Source of the DNA: a virus
Direction: 5' to 3' (one strand)
DNA: 64,000 nucleotides
Virus record (IMG/VR): IMGVR_UViG_3300040786_000016
The notes beneath the pieces are model-generated. The model did no database searches. It saw nothing but the letters and a program-made list of their open reading frames with translations, and was not told the DNA's origin. The stretch's first letter is position 1. Each line of letters opens with the position of its first letter. Shown here in pieces: positions 48,101-61,670 of this stretch. The position numbers and the translations under genes were made by a program.

Positions 48101-48978
48101 GGTAGTAATCATAGTAATCCGTAAGGGAATCACAACTTGTTTTAATAAATAAAAGTGATATTGGTAGTAATCATAGTAATCCGTAAGGAATCACAACGTA
48201 TTATCAGCATTTGAGTCCAGGTAGTAATCATAGTAATCTGTAAGGGAATCACAACTCATAATATAACTACAAAATTTGGGGTAGTAATCATAGTAATCCG
48301 TAAGGGAATCACAACTAGACCATTTCATTTGTTCAATGGTAGTAATCATAGTAATCCGTAAGGGAATCACAACAGTTGAACAGCCAAATAGTGGTAGTAA
48401 TCATAGTAATCCGTAAGGGAATCACAACAAGGTTGTTAAACATATTACATTTTTTCAGGTAGTAATCATAGTAATCCGTAAGGGAATCACAACGGTAAAT
48501 CGGTTACCAAATTATCAGGTAGTAATAGTAACCGTAAGGGAATCACAACTAGGATATTCTTTCGATTTTATCCAATACGGTAGTAATCATAGTAATCCGT
48601 AAGGGAATCACAACTCTGCTCAAAGAATTGCATTGTCCGATGAATGTAGTAATAGTAACCGTAAGGAATCACAACACAAACAATCTTGAAGGGTCAAAAC
48701 CTTCAGGTAGTAATCATAGTAATGTATGAATCATAACATAGTACTGCAACCTATGTTTATTGTAATGGTAGTAATCATAGTAATCATAGTAATCCGTAAG
48801 GGAATTACAACAATTGTTAGCTAAAAAATCAAGATGTAGTAATCATAGTAATCCGTAAGGGAATTACAACACACACAACGCTTATAATCATATAACCGTA
48901 AGGGAATCACAACTATATGTTACTTAATATATAATAGAATAAGGTAGTAATTATAGTAATCCGTAAGGGAATTAAACT
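48101..48978 (+). CRISPR. CRISPR array, 15 repeats and 14 spacers
   Basis: Consensus GGTAGTAATCATAGTAATCCGTAAGGGAATCACAAC (36 nt); spacers 13-31 nt as read; degenerate repeats on the right. Confidence 0.97.
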
Positions 48979-49302
48979 TAAAATAAAAGATATTTTATAA
49001 TGTAATATTAAAATAATAATAGTATCTTTGTATAAAATTAAATAAATATGAAAAATTAATTGGGTTATTAGTATTGTATTATTAGCTTCATGTGCTGATA
49101 GTAAAGAAATTAATATTGGTGGTAAAGATGTTCTAGTAGAACCTTATGGTTGGTTTGATAGTTCAGTAAAAATGATAGTGTAATTTATAAAATAAATACT
49201 GAAATGTTATTTTAAGTGTTATTTTTTCTGAAACAATAATTGCACCTATTCTAATCACTGGTACTCAGATTTATGAACCTATAGGTAAAAAACAAAACTA
49301 AA

Positions 49303-49700
49303 ATGGAAATTAATATTGATTTCGATGGAACATGCGTTACACACGATTTTCCAAATATTGGCACTGATATTGGGTCAATACCAGTATTAAAAAAATTAGT
49401 AGCTAATGGTCATAAATTAATACTTTTACTATGAGAAGTGATAAGCATTTTATTAGACAAGATGGTAGTATTGATAAAATGGGTTAGGTGATGCTATTAA
49501 ATGGTTCAAAGATAATGATATTCCATTGTATGGTGTGCAAACTAACCCAACTCAAAAACATTGGACTACATCACCTAAAAGTTATGCTTCATTAATGATA
49601 GATGATAGTGCATTAGGTTGTCCATTAACTTATAACCCTAAAATACACCCAAGGCCATTTGTTAATTGGTCAGAAGTTGAAAAAATATTAATAAACACAT
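49303..49700 (+). CDS. HAD-like hydrolase
   Basis: NIDFDGTCV...LILFTMRS...IDDSALG. Confidence 0.7.
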
Positions 49701-49949
49701 AAAATAATTAAATGATAACAAAATAAAGAATTTTTTCAAAGTTGAAAACCTATTGAAAATGAAAATAACCAATTAAAGAAAACTATTGATGAATTAATAG
49801 TTGAGCGTGATGTATTAATACTAAAAAATTTATCTTTGACCGCCAAAGCTGCAAAGTATAATTCAAAATATTTGTTATTACCACAAGTTTTACTATTTAA
49901 ATAAAGTTAATAGTAAAACTTTTAGTGAGGATACTACACCTAAAAAATT

Positions 49950-50280
49950 TAGAAGTTGTAGAACTTGTAAAAGTTAATAAAGCGATAATTAAAAATGTTA
50001 AAATTAGAAACGAAATGGGTTTGTTGATATAAATCAAACAAAATTATTTTACCAACGAATAAAAATAAAGATACTATTTTATAGATAAAGCTATTAAAAA
50101 CATGGAAATAAATACAGTTATTTAAAAGTTAATTACACTAACGCACATACTAATGTTACAATTACATGTTCAGAACATGGTAATTTTCAACAAAGAGCAA
50201 CTAATCATTTGATGGGTCAAGGTTGTCCAAAATGCGCTAAAATTGCTAGTAAAATAAAAAAGAGACAATAAGAGCACAAA
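49950..50280 (+). CDS. Homing-endonuclease-associated zinc-ribbon fragment
   Basis: VTITCSEHGNFQQRATNHLMGQGCPKC. Confidence 0.55.
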
Positions 50281-50314
50281 CAAAACACAATTTTTTTTAA
50301 TTTAAATATACAAT

Positions 50315-51195
50315 ATGAACACATCAGATTTAAAATCATTTCATTATTTAGAAAATGGTTCAATAACTTTTTCAATATTAGATACTATAAAAACATCACC
50401 TAAACTTGATACTGGTATTTATAATCTTGCTTGGTTAGAATACCCTGAAAGTAAGCTTCAATTAACCTCAAATGTTGATGGTGAAACAATAAAAATGCAT
50501 GAGTTTCCAGATAAGAAAACTTTAGATAATTTCAAATGCTTTTTTTAATAAAAAATTATCAGTAAAATGAAGACATTAGGGTTTTACCATAAAGGTGGTA
50601 TTTACTACATGGTAAAGAAGGTACTGGAAAGACTACAATTATTAAAAATTATGTCAATAAAATAGTAAAAGATAATGATGGTATTGTGTTTTATGTAAAT
50701 GGTAATGGTAATGTCATTAAATGTTGGGCTTTTATAAGTGAAATTAGAAAATACAAAATAACCCTATCGTTGTTATATTTGAAGAATTTGACACGTTTTA
50801 GGTACAAATAATATGAATGTTGGTCCTTTAAAAACAATATTAGATGGTAATCACTCTATGGATAATTGCTTAGTTTTGCCACTACAAATTATATTGATAA
50901 AATACCTGATGCACTTAAAAAAGACCATCTAGATTCAAGTACGTACTAGATATTGAGGGTATTCAATGTGAAAAGAAATTGTTGAATTGTTAAAAATATG
51001 ATTGGTGATATGTTTACTGATTCTGAAATAAATAGTTTTGCTAGTGATTTAAAAGGTAGTACATTAGATTTGATAAAACAGTTCAGTATTGATAAAATAA
51101 TGGATTTATCACATTATAACTCTAAAAATAATAAAAAAAATAGGTTATGTTTAAAATATCTTTATAAATTAATAAAAAACGAAAATATTAAATAA
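50315..51195 (+). CDS. AAA ATPase
   Basis: LHGKEGTGKT, IFEEFD, LDG, TTNY...RPSRF across indels. Confidence 0.75.
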
Positions 51196-51204
51196 AATAT
51201 TGTA

Positions 51205-51652
51205 ATGGGTAAAGTAATAGCTGCTGGTGTGTTCTTAGTGAACAAAAAAATGAAGTTTTGATTTGTCATCCGACAAACCATTCAATGAATCTTTGAGTAT
51301 ACCTAAAGGTAAAGTTGAAGTTGGTGAAACTATGATTAATGCGGCAATTCGTGAAACATACGAAGAAACCAATATTAATTTAAGTAAAGCTGATTCATTT
51401 ATTATGCTAGATATGGTGACTTATACTCATAGAAAAAAGGCAATACAAGGGTTTCTTTTACTTGAAACTAAAACCCTAGTGTTAATTTTGATTTATTTAA
51501 ATTAAAATGTAATTCTAATGTTCCAAAAGAACGTGGTGGATTTCCAGAAATGGATGATTACAAATGGGTTTTAATTGATGAGGCTAGAGAATTATTACAT
51601 TATACTCAAGTTGAATCATTAGATAAAATTGAAGAAATAATTAAACGTAAAT
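51205..51652 (+). CDS. Nudix hydrolase
   Basis: IPKGKVEVGETMINAAIRETYEETN. Confidence 0.88.
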
Positions 51653-51907
51653 AAAATGGATTTAACAAATTTGTTAAAAGGTAAGATGGTTAATTATATG
51701 ACCGATGCTAAGGTAAATGTAAAATTAGAAATTGAAACAGCAATAGAAAAAACCATACTAGAGATTTAGAACCAGCAACAAGGGAAAATGATTGGTATCC
51801 TAAAACTGAGGGTTGGTCAACAATTGAAATTAAATTTACAACTGGTTTTATTAAATCATATCGAAGTTTAACTAGTATTGAGTTAATAGAATGAATTTAG
51901 ATTTATA

Positions 51908-52150
51908 ATGTGGTATGTTTATATCTTACAGTGTTCAGATGGAACATTGTACACTGGGATAACCACAGACATCAATAGGAGAGTTGAGACACATAATAAA
52001 GGTAAAGGTGCTAAATATACCAAGACTAGACTTCCAGTCGTTCTAATGGTGTCATTTGAATCCACAGATAGAAGTAATGCTAGTAAAGAAGAATATCGAA
52101 TTAAACAGTTAAAAGAGTAGAAAAATAAAGTTAATAAATAAAACAAATGA
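51908..52150 (+). CDS. GIY-YIG nuclease (UPF0213 type)
   Basis: [32 protein letters not shown]. Confidence 0.9.
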
Positions 52151-52154
52151 GTAA

Positions 52155-52615
52155 TGGAAAAATCAATAGAAATTCAATCACCTAATGAGGTGGTAATAGA
52201 TGTAGAGTATATCAATATATTTCTAGGTGGTAGTATAGAAATGGGTAAAGCTGAAGAATGGCAAAAAAATGTGATTGAAAAATTATCAGATAAACCGATT
52301 AGATTTTAAACCCAAGACGTGATGATTGGGATTCAACTTGGGCTGATAAATCAGATAAACTTGTTGAACAAATAGTATGGGAATTATCAGCAATGGAAAT
52401 GGCACATATTATAATCATGTATTTCGACCCAAACACAAAATCACCAATATCTCTATTGGAATTAGGTTTAAACGCTAGAGAACAGAAATTAGTGGTGTTA
52501 TGTCCAGAGGGTTATTGAAAAAAGATAATGTTGATGTAACTTGTGAGTATTACAGCATTAATCAAGTTGATACATTTGATGAGTTAATTGAATTTATTTC
52601 GTCGAATGTTTAAAT
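52155..52615 (+). CDS. Nucleoside 2-deoxyribosyltransferase-like protein
   Basis: IFLGGSIEMG..EEWQ...NPRRDDWD...WEL...YFDPNTKSPISLLELG. Confidence 0.8.
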
Positions 52616-53437
52616 AAGCTTTACAATTATTATCTAAATGTTTATTATTGTATATGGAAAAATTATACATAAATATTTAGATAATAGGTTTGAAATTAAG
52701 TTAAGTACTGCGTTTAACGATGGTATTTATCTAAAATATGAAGGTAATGCTACACCTTTTATGGGTTATAATCTAATTGAAGATTTATCAATTATTTTTA
52801 ATGTAAATAAAAAGAATTAAAGTTAATTATAGATACTTGGAGTATAACTAAAAAACGATACTGACTTAGAATTTTATTGGTGTCATAATTTTGGTTCTAG
52901 AATCCAAGGTATACTACCTATTGTTAGTCGTGTTATGAGTAGTACTATTGCATCAGACTTAATTTCGGTAAAACCTTTACAAAAGCCAACTAATATCATT
53001 TATTATTTTGATTACATAAAAAAACCAATTTATATTGTAATATTTGAAAAATATGGAGATATTTGTATTACCTTACAAAAAATTTACTTAAAAGTAAATA
53101 CTATAATTAAAATGAAAAACATTTAACAACAACAAGAGAAGGTGCTTTACGATATAACTTAAATGTTGAGTTAACAAATAAATCACCAAATTTAGAAAAG
53201 ATTATTAGTTACATCAATGAGTATGAGAAAATAATCTAGCAACAATCGATAAACTAAAAAGGTAAAACTATTGATACTAAAAGGATTAATGGGGCACTTA
53301 AATGTACTATAAAAGCTCATGGACCTATAACTATGGTTTTAATTGGTTCTGCTAGTAAACGTATATATGGTAGTTTATTAAACAATCACTCTGAAACAGA
53401 AATTATTAATGAAAATATATTTAAAAAAATATTAAAA

Positions 53438-53985
53438 TGGATACGAAAAAAATAACTAAGATGGCAATTTTGATTTTGATGGTACTTTGGTGGACACAGA
53501 ATTACCAGAAAGTGGAAAACAAATATACTTAGATAAAACAGGAAAAGAATGGCCACATATTGGTTGGTAAAGCAGAATCATTAGATATTGAGATTTTGAA
53601 AATAAATTAGTTGATTCAGTTAAATTATCCTATGATGAAATGAAATTAGCTGATGATACTCTAATGGTTATGTTAACTGGTCGCAGAATTGTACTTTCAA
53701 CACATGTAGAAAAAATATTAGAAAAATATGAGTTAGAATTTGATGAATACCATTATAATACAGGTGGTCCTACTGAAGTTTCTAAAATAAATACAATTAC
53801 TGAGTTGTTATTAAAATTCACAGATATAGATGAAATTCTACTGGGATGATAGGTTATTACACATACCATTTTCACTGAGTTTTTAGATAAACAATGTAAA
53901 ATCGAGAGAATTAAAAATTTTCGATTACTATTGTACCATCTAATAATCATATTGATGCTGTGAAACCAATAATTAAAAAAAAGAA
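53438..53985 (+). CDS. HAD-family protein (RNA-repair HAD-like)
   Basis: FDFDGTLVDT...WPH.GWW...VMLTGR...WDDR. Confidence 0.65.
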
Positions 53986-54085
53986 AAATAAACATTAATT
54001 TAAACCCTACTTAAAAAAAGTGGGGTTTTATGTTATAATTAAATAATTTATTGTATCTTTGTTGAGAATTAATAAAGTAAATAAA

Positions 54086-54570
54086 ATGCTTAGAAAAATA
54101 AAATTATTAAAGTCAAATAATATAATTCTATTATCATTATTGATAACTGGGTTGTCTTATTCACAAGACCAACACTCAATCAATTTAACTACTGATAATA
54201 TGATTTTCCAAAATGGTAGATTTTATGGTGGTGTAGAGTTTGACAACAAATTTACAAATGGTGTTTATGTAAGACCGCAAATACACTATGCAGATTTAAA
54301 CGGTAAAGACTATTTAGAAACATCATCAGGTATAGGTTGGCATGTAGCTTTGAATAGATTTGAAACTACAATTTTATAGCGGTATTAAATTAGGTCTTAT
54401 ACATCGAGGTCCAACATACCCTTTATTTGGTATTGAGTCAGGGATTGAAGTAGAAGTACTAAATGGTATTTCATTAGGTTTAAGAGCGAGTTATGATGTT
54501 CGTGAAGATATGGATAGTAAAGATAATTGGCGATATAATTCACAGGGGTACCAAAAATTAAGTTATAAAA
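54086..54570 (+). CDS. Secreted or outer-membrane beta-barrel-like protein
   Basis: Signal-like N-terminus, alternating strands, ends YNSQGY. Confidence 0.45.
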
Positions 54571-56488
54571 AATATAAATGGAGAACTATAGTGGAACATT
54601 AAGAATATCAAACCCCAAAACTTTACAAAATTGGATTATAAGAGGTTGGTATCAGAAATTAATTAATGAAGGTTATATTTTAATGTAGGTTGTGGAAGGT
54701 TTAAAACTGAAAAAATGCGCATGTTCTGCTTGTAGAACTAGGACACGTCCAGAATTATTAAAAGTTATCGAAGAAATATTAACATAAAATAATTTAAATA
54801 TAATAATATGGGAAATACACTAAAATTTATTGATACAATTATACAATAAATAAGATACGCAATAGTAAATCAGATGCAGAAGTCAGAAGATTATTAAAAG
54901 AAAGTTTAAAGATATAAAAAAGATGATAATCAAGAATTAATTAATATTGTGGTTATACCTCGTATCGTTCCAGACTATATCTATATTGAACTTGAGGGTA
55001 TTAAATGTGAAATATACGGTGGATTATGGGAACAAATGGATAACCAAGTTGCATTTGTAGATGGTCAATGTGCTACTATAGAATTAGTGAAAAATGGTTA
55101 GGTAAATTATAAATTAGATTATGCAAAGTAAAGATTCGTTATTAACTCAAGAAATCCTTGAAAATTTAAAACAAGGTACAAAAGTAGAGTTCAAATGGTG
55201 GGGTTCTAAAAGTTTATATATTGGAAGAATAGAAGTTGATAAGTATGGTGATTTATATTTTGTAGGCGAATCTAATTATACCAATGAAGTAAGAAGTGAA
55301 GGTATGAGGTATTATAATTCATTAGATAGTTTCTTTGTTATACATATTTCAAAGTTATAGATGACTGTGTTCAGTAAATAATAAAACTAAAATTAATTAC
55401 AAAATAAATGGAAAATATGTATTATGTTAGAAATGAGGGTTATTTAGGTAACACTATTATGGTGGAAAAAAGGTTGTAATGGTTATACTTGTGATATTAA
55501 TAATGCACATAAATTTACTAAAGAAGAAGCTGAAAGTACTTGTAAACGACCACAAGATACTGCTTATGAGTGTGATTATATTGATAATTTATTAGTTGCT
55601 CATAAATTAATAATTGATTCTCAATACGTAGATAATAAAATGCGATTATGGATATCTTAGTAATTTTGTGACAGTTAAACTAATAATAGTTATGAAAATT
55701 TATCGAAATATCACAAACTTAGAATTAGTACAACTGATATTATATTATAGAGGTGGTGAGAAAAAAGGTTTATAGTATCGGTTGGAAATCTGAAACCTTG
55801 AAATACCCATTAAGCTCGACAGTAGCCAACCATAACCACCTCTAATATATAAAATATTTTTAAGGTACAGTTATTTGAAATTCAACTACTTCGTAAGTTA
55901 ATAATGTATAAGACTAATAACTAAACATATAAAAATGAACCCAAAGAAGAAGCAATAGAGTTAATCGAATCACACACTTTATGAAGGTGATAATGGTGCT
56001 TTAAAAGAATATTATACTGATAATTTAGAAGCTAAAAGACATGCTTTAATATCGATTAATGAGAAGATAAAATATCACGAATCACTATTTGATAAAGGAT
56101 TTAAAGATGTTCATATTGTATTAACATCACCAATAAGACATACAATGAAATCTTGAACCCATTACTAAAGCACTTGATAGAAGTACGTAAAGAAATAGAA
56201 AAACTATAAACATGGAAGTTAAATATAAAAACAAAACAAACGGTAAAGTAGCAATAATAATAAGTAATAATGGTTCTGGAATGTGTTATAAGACATTAGG
56301 TGTTACAATGGTTATTTATAAATATGAAGGTGATACTTATGATTATCCTTTTATTATGGAACACCGAGTTTTACAAAGAACATCTTGAAGTAGTAGAATC
56401 GTAGTGTGGTATTTATACCTAAATTAGCTACTAATAACTGGATTTTTTTTTTACTTTTACGCATATTTATAGATAAAACACATATATT

Positions 56489-57226
56489 ATGGGAAATGAC
56501 ATGAGAAAACTTATTGACCAAGTTAAAAACTTTGGTAAAAATACTTTAAACGAAGAATCTAAAGGATTATGGGCTAATATTCAAGCTAAAAAAGAAAGAG
56601 GTGAAGAACCAGCTAAAAAAGGTGATAAGGATTATCCAGATAAAAAACAATGGGATAATTTAACCAAAGAAGAAATTGAAAAGACAATAATTATATGTTT
56701 TGGCAAAATCTTAAAACAATCCACCATGCTTGTGGTGAGTTATTAGCTATGGATAAATCTAAAATTGATGATATGGTGGCTAATGGTCACGCTTGGGCTG
56801 TTGACCACATTGCAACATCATCTGATGATATCGAAGAAGTATATCACTTCTTTGAGGCAAATATTGAAGATGGTGAAAATGAAGGTGGTGAAAATTAAGG
56901 TGGTGAAAATGAAGGTGGTTATGAAGATGAGTATGGTAGCGTTGAAAATATAAATTTAAACGAAGCTGAATATAAGGTAAAACAGTTGAATTAGGTAAAC
57001 CAACACAAGGAGACGTTAAAAGTTTAAAGTTTACGTTAAAAATAGTAAGGGTAATGTTGTAAAGGTTAATTTTGGTGACCCAAATATGGAAATAAAAGAG
57101 ATGACCCAGAAAGAAGGAAATCATTTAGAGCAAGACATAAATGCTCGGATGCAAAGATAAAACAACACCAAAATATTGGTCTTGTAAAATGTGGTCTAAT
57201 ACACCAGTATCTAAAATTTTAAATAA
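56489..57226 (+). CDS. Conserved large-phage hypothetical protein
   Basis: GLWANIQAKKERGE...; KFKVYVKNSKGNVVKVNFGDPNMEIKRDDPERRKSFRARHKC...YWSCKMW; ATATTTAT upstream. Confidence 0.6.
56866..56925 (+). repeat. 15 bp tandem repeat inside a CDS (GAAGGTGGTGAAAAT units, Glu-Gly-Gly-Glu-Asn)
   Basis: Three to four imperfect copies. Confidence 0.8.
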
Positions 57227-57522
57227 AAAATAAAATATGGCAATAATTCATGAAATACAACAAGTTATTTTGGTTCAAACTATTCATGGAGAAGGTTTAT
57301 CATTATTTTGATAGATTATGGACCTAATTTAAATACAATATGGGTTATTGCTAATTGTAATGATGGTAAAATAAGACATTATGATTCAAATGATATTGTC
57401 TTAAAAGAAATGATACTTTAAAACTAAACGATAAAAGTAATTACGGTTTTAGTTGCAAATATTAATTATTTTTAGTAACTTTGTGAAAAAATTAAATATA
57501 ACAGATATATATAAACAAAATT

Positions 57523-57810
57523 ATGATTTGGATTAAAACAGATTAATACCTTTGATGGCTATAAGGCCATTACTATTTTTCCTTTTGTTTTCTACAAAGG
57601 AAGTAAACCAACGCTCAAAACTATCAACCATGAGAATATTCATGGAAAACAACAAATTGAATTGCTGATAATACCATTTTATATTATATACCTAATAGAA
57701 GCTATATTTAAAGGGTATAAGAATATAAGTTTTGAAAAGAAGCTTATAGAAAAGAGCAAGATTTTGACTATTTAAAGAGAAGAAAAATATTTGCAATGTG
57801 GCGAAAAACA
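57523..57810 (+). CDS. Small membrane protein with a HExxH-like motif
   Basis: AITIFPFVF...NHENIH..QQIEL..IPFY...ISFE.EAY. Confidence 0.6.
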
Positions 57811-60800
57811 ATTTATAACGTTAAAATAAAAGTAGCTTATGAAAATAGATGATGTCATATTAAAATTACAAGAATATAAAAAAGAACATGGTAATATTGA
57901 AGTTCGTGTAGCTGGTAGTATAGAATATTGGGAACAACTTACAATGAAGTAGATGATTATACTTTAAGAGTTGATGAGAAAACAACTTTAAACCCAAAAA
58001 ACAAGAAGATACTAAATCGGTTGTTTTCTGTTTTGGTTACGATGTAAATATCTTATAATGTTTTTCACTTATATGAGGTTATTGTACTTTCAATAAACTC
58101 AATTAATTACTAATTAAAAGAAATACAAACTAATGGTTAAATTAAGTAATAAACAGCCATATATCATACACGATATTAACAATAGTGATTTTCGTGTAGT
58201 TGAATACGATGGTGTTTTTCAAATACAAAGAAAACAGATTAAAATTAAAATTCTTGGTATTTTATTTTGGAAAAAAAGAAGAAGTTGATTGGAAATGTGT
58301 TGATAAATATGGAAAGTGCGTTTATTCAATTGACTTACGGTTTGGTAATATGAATAATTATCACCAAATTAAAGATTTTAAAGATTTGGATAGTGCTTTA
58401 GAAAAATAAAAGTGATGATTAAAGGTTACGTTATCATTACTGTTAACGTTTGGTGACCTATAAATACCTATTATAGTAAGTAGTGGGTAATTAAAACAAA
58501 ATTATAATATACCAAGACAAATGATTAAAGATAAAACAATAACAAATTAAAGATGAATTAGTTAATAGCTCAAAACTGAAGTTAGTACTTGACCTTGTGA
58601 CATATGAGCCGAGATACTCTTTTAATGATGAGCCTGATAAAATGGGAAGATGGGCAAGGAAAGCTATTTACAGAAAATTACATATTGCTTGGATTTCAAG
58701 AATAGAAAGTAATGGGTTATTAAATTTATAGTAAATACTTATTTCCCACTAACTGGTAATGATTGTCCAAATAAACACGAAATATGTAGCACTTATGAAG
58801 ATGCAAAATGGTAGTTGAAACTGTGGACCCATTCTTGAGGGTTGTATCTGAACCGATTGTGTAAATTAAAGACTATCACAAAATAATAACAACCTAAGCA
58901 CAAATGTAACAGCTTTATTTTATACTATTATGAAAACGGATTATCAATTATCATTAGAAACGAAGAACAATTTGAAAAGGTGTCTAAATTCATTGAGAAA
59001 ATTATTGTTACGTTAAATGGTTCCACAAATGGCTGAATATGAAACAGCGTTAGTTGTATGGGCAAAAAAGAAAACAAATAGAAGTACTGGGTCATTTTGT
59101 GCTAAAAAGTCAAAGACAAGATGAAATTAGAACGGTTGAATTTAGTGAGTTATTCTCATAACTTGATTAAAACGACCACAAAATAAAAACTAAATAAATA
59201 ATATTATTATGGATTTAACAGGTTTAGAACACGAAATCAATGGAACTACGCCAATGCCGAAATGCAATGATTTATATACATTGTTAGGTGCAGTTAATGT
59301 TAAAGACTATAAATGTCCTAATTGTGGTAAATGGAATAATGACGACCAATATGAAGTGAATAAAGAGCAATATCCTAAATGTTTTAATGAAAGCAAAGGC
59401 TATAATGATGGATGGAACCCATTGGGATTGGGAAGAGGTTCATTGTTATGAAGATTGTGAAACAAAATATTGGTTTAGTAACGGTGCTTATTAATTGTAC
59501 ATAACGTTTTGTGTATATACGAGGTACACATTAACTGAATTTTTAAATTATAAACAAATACTTGTAGGTATCTTGTATATATGCTATTATAAGTTGATTA
59601 AATTTTATTATATGGAAACTTACGATTATGTGATTTATGTAAACAATTCAAAGTATGGTGAAGCTAATAACCACCAAGAACTTATTGAGTTAATTGAACA
59701 AATTAGAGTAGAACGTGGAGAAGGTGCTAAATACACCATAACTCTCCATAAAATTTAATTTGTTTATAACATTTGCAAATATTTATAGTGGCTGATTCAA
59801 AACTATTGCAACCAAATATTACTAATAATTAAATTAAAAATTATGTCACAAGAAAATACAAATGAGCCATTTAGCAAGACTGCTATTATGTGTAGTTCGG
59901 ATTATGAACTGCAAAAAATGGTTTCAGATAAAGAATTAGATAAAGTTTTTAACCTATTCTAATTTTGGCGGTTCTACAAAAGAGATGTGGTAAGATATGC
60001 TTTAATGAAAGTCGCCTGTGGTTATCATAACGGACATACTTCTCAATGTATCATTAATGAACTTGGTTTATGCAGTAAAGACTTAATTCTAACTAAAAAG
60101 GAAAAGAGTATTTGTACGAATCTTTCATATACGGCACTAATCATTAGCATTACGCACAACAGTTTCAAATATGTTTAGGTTTTATTTGGAACACAAAACT
60201 TGAATTATTCACAAAATTAAATTATAAAATATGAACTTGAATGAACCACAAAACCGCAATTTAATATAGGTGATGTTAGCAGTAGTTACATTGGTAAAGA
60301 ATGTTTTGGGTAGATAAAGTAACCTATAAAAGACATATGATGGTAGAAAATTAGGTAAATGTGTAGATGAAGGGGTACATTCTTTACATAAACTACCAAT
60401 AGTTTGGTTTGAAAAACCTTTTCTTGGATTTACTTGGCAGTATAAATCGGATGTTCGTCTGTAATTACTGCTAAGGTTGGGTGTATAAGAAGTTTTTTAT
60501 TTGTAAATTTCAAAGTTATACTTATCTTTGTAAAACTTTTTTTATACTTTATAAGTATGTATTATTTTGTTTTACCAATTAAAAAAATTAAATTATGAAA
60601 TGTAAAGTATGTAAAGAAGAGATTAACCTAACTGTTTTGGAATACCAAACGATACATGTTGGGGTTGTTTACAAGATGAACAAAAGAAAGAAGTTGTGGA
60701 TACAAATATTAAATTATCAAATGAAATTGCTTATTTAAATATAAGTAGTACGATTAATTATGACTCTATAAAATACAGTCTAAATAGATTATTAGAAGAA

Positions 60801-60983
60801 AGAAAATGGGTTGCTATTGCTATTTTAGACCATAGTGAAAATACATATTACAAAGAATTATATGATTACTTAAATGTGAAAATAAAGTTTTACTAGCACT
60901 GGCTTAGTCTTGCTGTTAACGTTTAGCAACTATATTTAGTGCCGACTTATGAAAACTAAATTTTAAACTTAAAATTAAACAAA

Positions 60984-61256
60984 ATGAATAAAAGTACAAA
61001 ACCAACTGAAAATTTAGCCGAATGTGGTAATAAGTCAAAACCACTGTTAGCAAATCGTTATTTTAAGGATTTTAAATATACTTTAAAAAGAAAATTTACT
61101 TCAAGAGATAGTGACTTTGGTTCAAAAGAAAGACCATTCCCTAAAGATTGGAAAGAAAATCCAATGATACAAATAGCGTTATCAGATTACAAAGAAACTT
61201 TGATTAAAAACAATTTTGACATTTTAGTTGATGAAAATTTAGATTTTGATATATAA
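60984..61256 (+). CDS. Cassette-encoded hypothetical protein; start codon lies inside the upstream attC-like loop
   Basis: ATG at 60984 is within hairpin 60914-61052. Confidence 0.7.
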   Translation: MNKSTKPTENLAECGNKSKPLLANRYFKDFKYTLKRKFTSRDSDFGSKERPFPKDWKENPMIQIALSDYKETLIKNNFDILVDENLDFDI

Positions 61257-61670
61257 TGTTTGCTAACGGTTACAGATATATTCAGTTGAATACAAACTTA
61301 AATTGAAATACAAATGATAAAATTTATAAAGAACTTATTTAAAATACACAGAAAATTAAATATATCTGTTGTTATGTGTAGTGTTTGTGGTTCAAAAATA
61401 TCACAACAAAAGAACAAATGAGAAGAACTGGTGGTAAATTACATAAAGGTAGAATGATGAGTTATGGATATTTTTGAATGTTCATACTTGTGATGATTGT
61501 GGTAATGTGTGGATGGTGAAAGAACAAGAAATTCTTAACATTACACATAACGGTTGCAAATATAAGTAGTTATTAACTAAATTTAATTAAAAGAAAAAAT
61601 TGATATTAACAACATTTATTTGGAAGTAATGAAATAATTACTTATATTTGTTGTTATAAAACGTTTATTT

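Noticed and set aside
47993-49300. Class 2 effector (Cas12/Cas13) or cas1/cas2 next to the array, suggested by the 36 nt CAAC-ending repeat
   Set aside because: The flanks hold only cas6, a short leader and a small lipoprotein gene.
49950-51195. Integrase or transposase serving the cassette array
   Set aside because: No tyrosine-recombinase (R-H-R-Y) or DDE motifs were recognised here or anywhere else in the window.
56780-57124. His-rich minus-strand ORF
   Set aside because: Antisense reading of the GAAGGTGGTGAAAAT repeat in the plus-strand gene.
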